From positions 20,094 through 84,093 of the forward strand of contig CAZXLT010000001.1 in NCBI GenBank assembly GCA_964641545.1: a DNA stretch of 64,000 nt, written 5' to 3'. This document shows, one piece after another, positions 59,748 to 64,000 of this stretch (position 1 is its first letter; each line of letters starts with the position of its first letter). The notes beneath the pieces are model-generated. The model was not told where the DNA came from and made no database searches. It was given only the letters and a program-made list of their open reading frames with translations. The translations under genes were made by a program, and so were the position numbers. Source of the stretch: an uncultured Candidatus Saccharibacteria bacterium. Lineage in GTDB: Bacteria; Patescibacteriota; Saccharimonadia; Saccharimonadales; AWTP1-31.

Positions 59748-60178
59748 TTCACTTTGAACTAGTAACACTAAGCGGTATTAAGTTTAAAGAGGATGCTTAT
59801 GAAGTAATTCTTCCGACTGCCGATGGTTACATCGCTGTATTTCCTGATCACATGCCGCTCGTTTCCTTAGCAAGTCCGGGCGTTATTACGGTACGTCGTA
59901 AAGCTGGTGACCCAGACAGCAAGCTCGAGCATTTTGCAGCAAATGGCGGTGTTATCGAAATCCGAGATAATAAAGTCAGAGTGTTGGTAGACGAGGCGGA
60001 CCGCGAAGACGAAATAAATGAACAAGAAGCACAAAAAGCTTACGAAACGGCGGTTGCTATGCAGCGCTCAGCTCAAGACCGAGTTAGCCTGGAGCACGCC
60101 CAAAGTCTCGTAGACCGTCAAGCATCACGGCTTCGTGTTGCCGAACTGCGCCGTCGCCGCAAAAGCTCATACAAGTAG
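59744..60178 (+). CDS. atpC: F0F1 ATP synthase subunit epsilon
   Basis: Beta-sandwich N-terminus (ELVTLSGIKFKEDAYEVILPTADGYIAVFPDHMPLVSLASPGVITV) and a C-terminal helical hairpin. Confidence 0.85.
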   Translation: MIHFELVTLSGIKFKEDAYEVILPTADGYIAVFPDHMPLVSLASPGVITVRRKAGDPDSKLEHFAANGGVIEIRDNKVRVLVDEADREDEINEQEAQKAYETAVAMQRSAQDRVSLEHAQSLVDRQASRLRVAELRRRRKSSYK

Positions 60179-60269
60179 TTAAAGTAGTAAATACTACTGC
60201 ACCCAATATTTGCTTTTTACGCTCGTTCGTATTATTGTTTTAGGCAGAAGCAATTTAAGGAGGAGTTCT

Positions 60270-60989
60270 ATGTTTGGGAGACAAAAGATTGCCATGGTGG
60301 TGGCAGAAATTCTTGGTACCGCCACTCTGGCGGTGGCCGTCTACTCAATGGTTGCGCGCACTAGCTTTCCATTGTTTGGCGGAATAGCAGCAGGGTTGGT
60401 AGTAGGAGTCATGACGCTTGCAGTTGGCAATGCATCATCAGCTCACTTCAATCCAGCTATTACGTTTGGTCTATGGACCGCACGAAAAGTCAAAACTACT
60501 ACTGCGATTGTTAATATCGCTGCACAAATGCTCGGGGGTTTGCTTGCTTGGGTACTGTTGAAGTACTTAATTGGTCGAACACTTGATTCGCTCGTGCAAG
60601 GTAAGTTTGACTGGAAGGTCTTTGTTGCCGAAGCTGTCGGCGCAATGGTCTTTACCTTTGCAGTCACGGCCGCTGTATATCAAAAATATGAAGGTGGCAA
60701 GTTGGCAGCAACTGTCGGTGGCGGTCTGCTTATTGGTATTCTCGTTGCCTCGATGGCATCGAATGGTGTTGTTAACCCGGCTGTTGCTGTGGGCATTCAG
60801 TCTTGGAGTTGGGCATATGCGACCGGTCCACTAGCTGGTGCGTTAGTAGGAGCGAACCTGTATAGCTTGCTCTTTGCAGGCGACTACCCGGTCATTCGGG
60901 TTGCGTCTTCTGCTTCAGCACGTAGTGCCAAGGCTAAGCCAGCAGCAAAAAAGAAGACAGCAAAAAAGGCGCCACGAAAGCGACGTTAG
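60270..60989 (+). CDS. MIP-family channel (aquaporin/glycerol facilitator-like) with a Lys-rich C-terminal tail
   Basis: Two NPA boxes (SAHFNPAITFG and GVVNPAVAVG). SD AGGAGG before ATG 60270. Confidence 0.85.
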   Translation: MFGRQKIAMVVAEILGTATLAVAVYSMVARTSFPLFGGIAAGLVVGVMTLAVGNASSAHFNPAITFGLWTARKVKTTTAIVNIAAQMLGGLLAWVLLKYLIGRTLDSLVQGKFDWKVFVAEAVGAMVFTFAVTAAVYQKYEGGKLAATVGGGLLIGILVASMASNGVVNPAVAVGIQSWSWAYATGPLAGALVGANLYSLLFAGDYPVIRVASSASARSAKAKPAAKKKTAKKAPRKRR

Positions 60990-61012
60990 TTACGTAACGT
61001 TTTTGTGCATAA

Positions 61013-61039
61013 CTCCCGGGACATATCCCGGGAGTTTTT
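61013..61039 (+). terminator. Rho-independent terminator after the MIP channel gene
   Basis: CTCCCGGGA-CATA-TCCCGGGAG hairpin followed by TTTTT. Confidence 0.7.
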
Positions 61040-64000
61040 ATATGGCGCCGCTTAGAAGGTCTTTCTGAAATGCGGCAATGCCCGCATAGTCCGGACTATA
61101 GTTTCGTGTGTCGGGCAGATTTAGTGAAACAATTCGCTCAAACACTATGCTTATTAATTTTTCGTACTCCGTAAGTTCTTCTTGACTAGGTGTATATTCG
61201 CGTACGAGCTCTTTAGATTTCTCGGCTTCCAAATACCACATTTGACCAGCTATGTTGCTTTTTTTGAAACGAGTACTGTTCTGCACGAGTAAGCAGTAGA
61301 AAATAAGCTGAGAGCGGTGACGCCATGCTTTCACTGCTTTTGTTTTATCGCGGGTAGTAAAACTAGACAGCGGGCTGCCGGTTTTATAGTCAATAATTGT
61401 CGCAGAATTTTTATCGGTATCTATGCGGTCGATCTTGCCATTAATAGTTGCGTTGCCAATTGTAATGTCTTGGATGTTTTGTTCTGGCAAACCTCCCTTG
61501 CCGAGCCAAAACGTGTCGCTACGTAATAATTTATTGATCAATTGCGTGCCATGGGTCTTGTATCGTTCAAATTCAGACTTTGGTAATTGTTGGTTAGCTA
61601 GTGTTACTTGAAACCGGTCAACTATCTTCTGTTCTGAAAATTGATCTGTATTCACAAGGACTTGTGCTAACTCGAGCGCTTTATGAATAGCAGATCCAAA
61701 CGCCATTTGCGGAGACTGTGCCTCTGGCAGTGCAAGCAAGTGTCGTTCAAAGAACAGTTGTGGTCCGCCTTGGCTAATGTCGAGAAAATCGATTAGTGCA
61801 GTAGCACTCAAACTAAATGACTCGAGCCGACCTCGCAAAATCAGTTTCTCGTCATCGATCGATAAATGTGGCCAGGTGATATGTTGTTCAAGGATATTTA
61901 CATCTTTAGCTTTGGTTTTCTTTTCGTGAAAATCTAGATTGAAGCCACTCGCAACCAATGGACTCGCCATAACTTCCCTGCCGGTAATGTCTTGCTGGTA
62001 GCTCGTAACCACAACCGAATGCCTGGCTCGTGTTACGGCAACATACATAAGACGTGCGTAATCATCATTGTCATCGCCAACAGGCTGAAGCGGCAGATTT
62101 GCAGGCATTTTTCTGCCACCGCTACTCGGACGCCAACTTGTATCGATCGCATTAATCACATACACACTATCAAACTCCAGACCCTTAGCTTTATGCACAG
62201 TTAGCAACTCGACTGCATGGTCTCCGCTGACAAAAACCGACTCGTCGGCAACGATTTCGTTCGTATCGATCGCAAGTTGAATAAAGTTAACAAAATCTTC
62301 CAAGCTTGGACTGCCGGTGCGAACGAAGTCGCGAGCAGTAGCAAGTAGCAAACGTATCGCAGATAGTGTCTGGGTATAGTCGGTGTCAATTGATGAAGCC
62401 CCTAGGTAGTACGCGCGCAAAGGGCTTGTCATATGTTTGCCGCTTCTTAACCCAATGATGTGCTCTAACATAACTTGCACTGGCTGATGTGTTGCTTGCT
62501 GGGAAAGCCATAAAAGCCATTCACCGATGGCTTTTAAGTGTCTGTCTTCGCTTTTGTCTAGATAATCCAGCCAGCTTTTGTTGCGCGCGTGAACCGCAAG
62601 TTTCCACAGCGTGCTTGGGGTAAGCCCCCAGGCAGGACCGCGTACCAGCCTAGACAAGAGATTGTTAACAACTAGTTCGTCGCCATTTTGAATGGCAATC
62701 ACCAATGCAGCCAGGGTATAAATTTCCAAAACTGCCGGTTGATTAAGAATGTTATTTTGTTGTTCGTAACGAACAGGCACTCCCGCGCGTAGTAGTAGTG
62801 ACGCAATATTCCTAAGGCTTCCATGGTCGCGGGCCAGGACTGCTTGTGAATGATCGCCTTTTTCATACTCTTCTTTTATCTTATTTACAATCGCACTTAA
62901 TTGATGTTCTTCTGTTGGAAATCTCAAGTGAGACAGTTCACCCTTATGCGTTATCGTTGTCCGAGCTCGAAGTTTCTTAGTGAGATCTGGTCTGCGGTTT
63001 ACCAGACGGTCGGTGGCATTTTTTATGACTAGCTCTGCCGTATCAAGAACCGCTTGGGTCGAGCGGTAGTTATCGGTCAGTACAATTGTTTTTAGAGTTG
63101 GGTAGCTTTTTGCAAATGAAAGCATGTTGTTAAGTTCAGCACCATTAAACTTATATATTGACTGATCGTCATCCCCTACAACCATAATATTGGGCTTACC
63201 ATTCGACTCGGGGTGATCGGCAATTAGGTGAGCCAGTTGTAGCTGAGCAGCGTTTGTATCTTGGAACTCATCGATTAGTACGTATAAAAATCGTTCCTGC
63301 ACATCAGCTCTCAGCGAAGGGTGCGTTTGCAATTGAGAAATGACTTCAACCAACATGTCGCTGTAATCGTAGTATCCGCGCGAGTGTAGTTCCTGACGGT
63401 ATTTTTCATAAACCATAGATACATGGAGCCACCACTGGTTACGCTCACGCTCCCTAAACATCCCCTTTTTTTGTTCTATGGTTTGGACCCAGCGCTGTTT
63501 CCATTTTCCGATGTGGGTAGTTTTGCTGGTATCTTGATCTTGGGCAATCGCAAAGTCTAAACTTTCCTTGATGACTTTCCCAAGGTCTTGGAGTGGCTGC
63601 AAGGATGCTGCAATGCCTTGGTCAGGTAGTTGCTGAATACGAGTCTGGAGGTGGTCAATTTTTTTTACGCTTAAAGGCGCCCGCACAGCATCAACGAGCT
63701 GAGGTTCGATAGTATCGATATACGCAATATTAGCCTCAACTAGCGCACGAAGTTTGTCGGGCGTTAAACCAGCTTCTTTGGCGTATCTTAGAGCACGAAG
63801 CACATCGCGTCCCGCCGTGAATGTCCCGGCAAATTTTAGCGCCAAAGGGTTGTCGAGCGGCAACTTGCCGAGGATTCCTTGGATAATATCAAGCTGTACT
63901 GCATCCGGTGCGGTAGTTAGTCGTGCTCCATTCCAAAAGTGATCCGGATACATATTCATAAGTTCAGCAGCAAAGCTGTGGAATGTTTTGACAACGACAT
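61038..64000 (-). CDS. UvrD/AddA-like helicase with a C-terminal PD-(D/E)xK (RecB-type) nuclease domain; the N-terminus lies beyond the window edge
   Basis: Motif II YVLIDEFQDTNAAQ, motif III MVVGDDDQSIYKFNGA, and a C-terminal nuclease region GKIDRIDTDKNSATIIDYKTG. The reading frame remains open upstream of 63959 to the window end. Confidence 0.8.
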   Translation of the reverse strand, partial: VVVKTFHSFAAELMNMYPDHFWNGARLTTAPDAVQLDIIQGILGKLPLDNPLALKFAGTFTAGRDVLRALRYAKEAGLTPDKLRALVEANIAYIDTIEPQLVDAVRAPLSVKKIDHLQTRIQQLPDQGIAASLQPLQDLGKVIKESLDFAIAQDQDTSKTTHIGKWKQRWVQTIEQKKGMFRERERNQWWLHVSMVYEKYRQELHSRGYYDYSDMLVEVISQLQTHPSLRADVQERFLYVLIDEFQDTNAAQLQLAHLIADHPESNGKPNIMVVGDDDQSIYKFNGAELNNMLSFAKSYPTLKTIVLTDNYRSTQAVLDTAELVIKNATDRLVNRRPDLTKKLRARTTITHKGELSHLRFPTEEHQLSAIVNKIKEEYEKGDHSQAVLARDHGSLRNIASLLLRAGVPVRYEQQNNILNQPAVLEIYTLAALVIAIQNGDELVVNNLLSRLVRGPAWGLTPSTLWKLAVHARNKSWLDYLDKSEDRHLKAIGEWLLWLSQQATHQPVQVMLEHIIGLRSGKHMTSPLRAYYLGASSIDTDYTQTLSAIRLLLATARDFVRTGSPSLEDFVNFIQLAIDTNEIVADESVFVSGDHAVELLTVHKAKGLEFDSVYVINAIDTSWRPSSGGRKMPANLPLQPVGDDNDDYARLMYVAVTRARHSVVVTSYQQDITGREVMASPLVASGFNLDFHEKKTKAKDVNILEQHITWPHLSIDDEKLILRGRLESFSLSATALIDFLDISQGGPQLFFERHLLALPEAQSPQMAFGSAIHKALELAQVLVNTDQFSEQKIVDRFQVTLANQQLPKSEFERYKTHGTQLINKLLRSDTFWLGKGGLPEQNIQDITIGNATINGKIDRIDTDKNSATIIDYKTGSPLSSFTTRDKTKAVKAWRHRSQLIFYCLLVQNSTRFKKSNIAGQMWYLEAEKSKELVREYTPSQEELTEYEKLISIVFERIVSLNLPDTRNYSPDYAGIAAFQKDLLSGAI

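Overview
The 64-kb window looks like a compact, gene-dense bacterial chromosome segment with about 45-50% GC, monoderm-type gene content and many 4-nt start/stop overlaps. The giant DUF2341/LamG/fibronectin-III surface protein, a sortase, PEGA and DUF3048 proteins, and transporter-heavy nucleotide-salvage content are reminiscent of reduced genomes such as Saccharibacteria/CPR, but that is inference. Confident calls are a complete F1Fo ATP synthase operon, gltX, pyrH, smpB, exonuclease III, a umuD-like/umuC pair, Mg transporters (MgtE, CorA, CNNM), two MacB/FtsX-type ABC pairs, a PAS histidine kinase with its response regulator, and an ECF sigma/anti-sigma pair. There are four tRNAs: Glu-CTC, Leu-CAA, Ser-CGA and Asn-GTT. 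A lipid-linked glycosylation module (GT1, flippase-like, GT-C, GtrB-like GT2) and a truncated AddA/UvrD-like helicase-nuclease at the right edge are also present. The most unusual structures are: (1) a mosaic, island-like stretch next to tRNA-Asn, bounded by an exact 18-bp duplicate of the tRNA 3-prime end and carrying further degenerate copies plus a conserved-loop/covarying-stem ~40-nt motif; (2) an operon encoding a 543-aa protein with a RelE/ParE-like C-terminus, a P-loop kinase and a secreted thermonuclease; (3) two extra, translationally coupled small ORFs inserted around atpD; (4) a giant surface protein followed by an ABC pair with a degenerate signature motif and an orphan receiver domain. 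No CRISPR array, rRNA, integrase, transposase or reverse transcriptase was seen.
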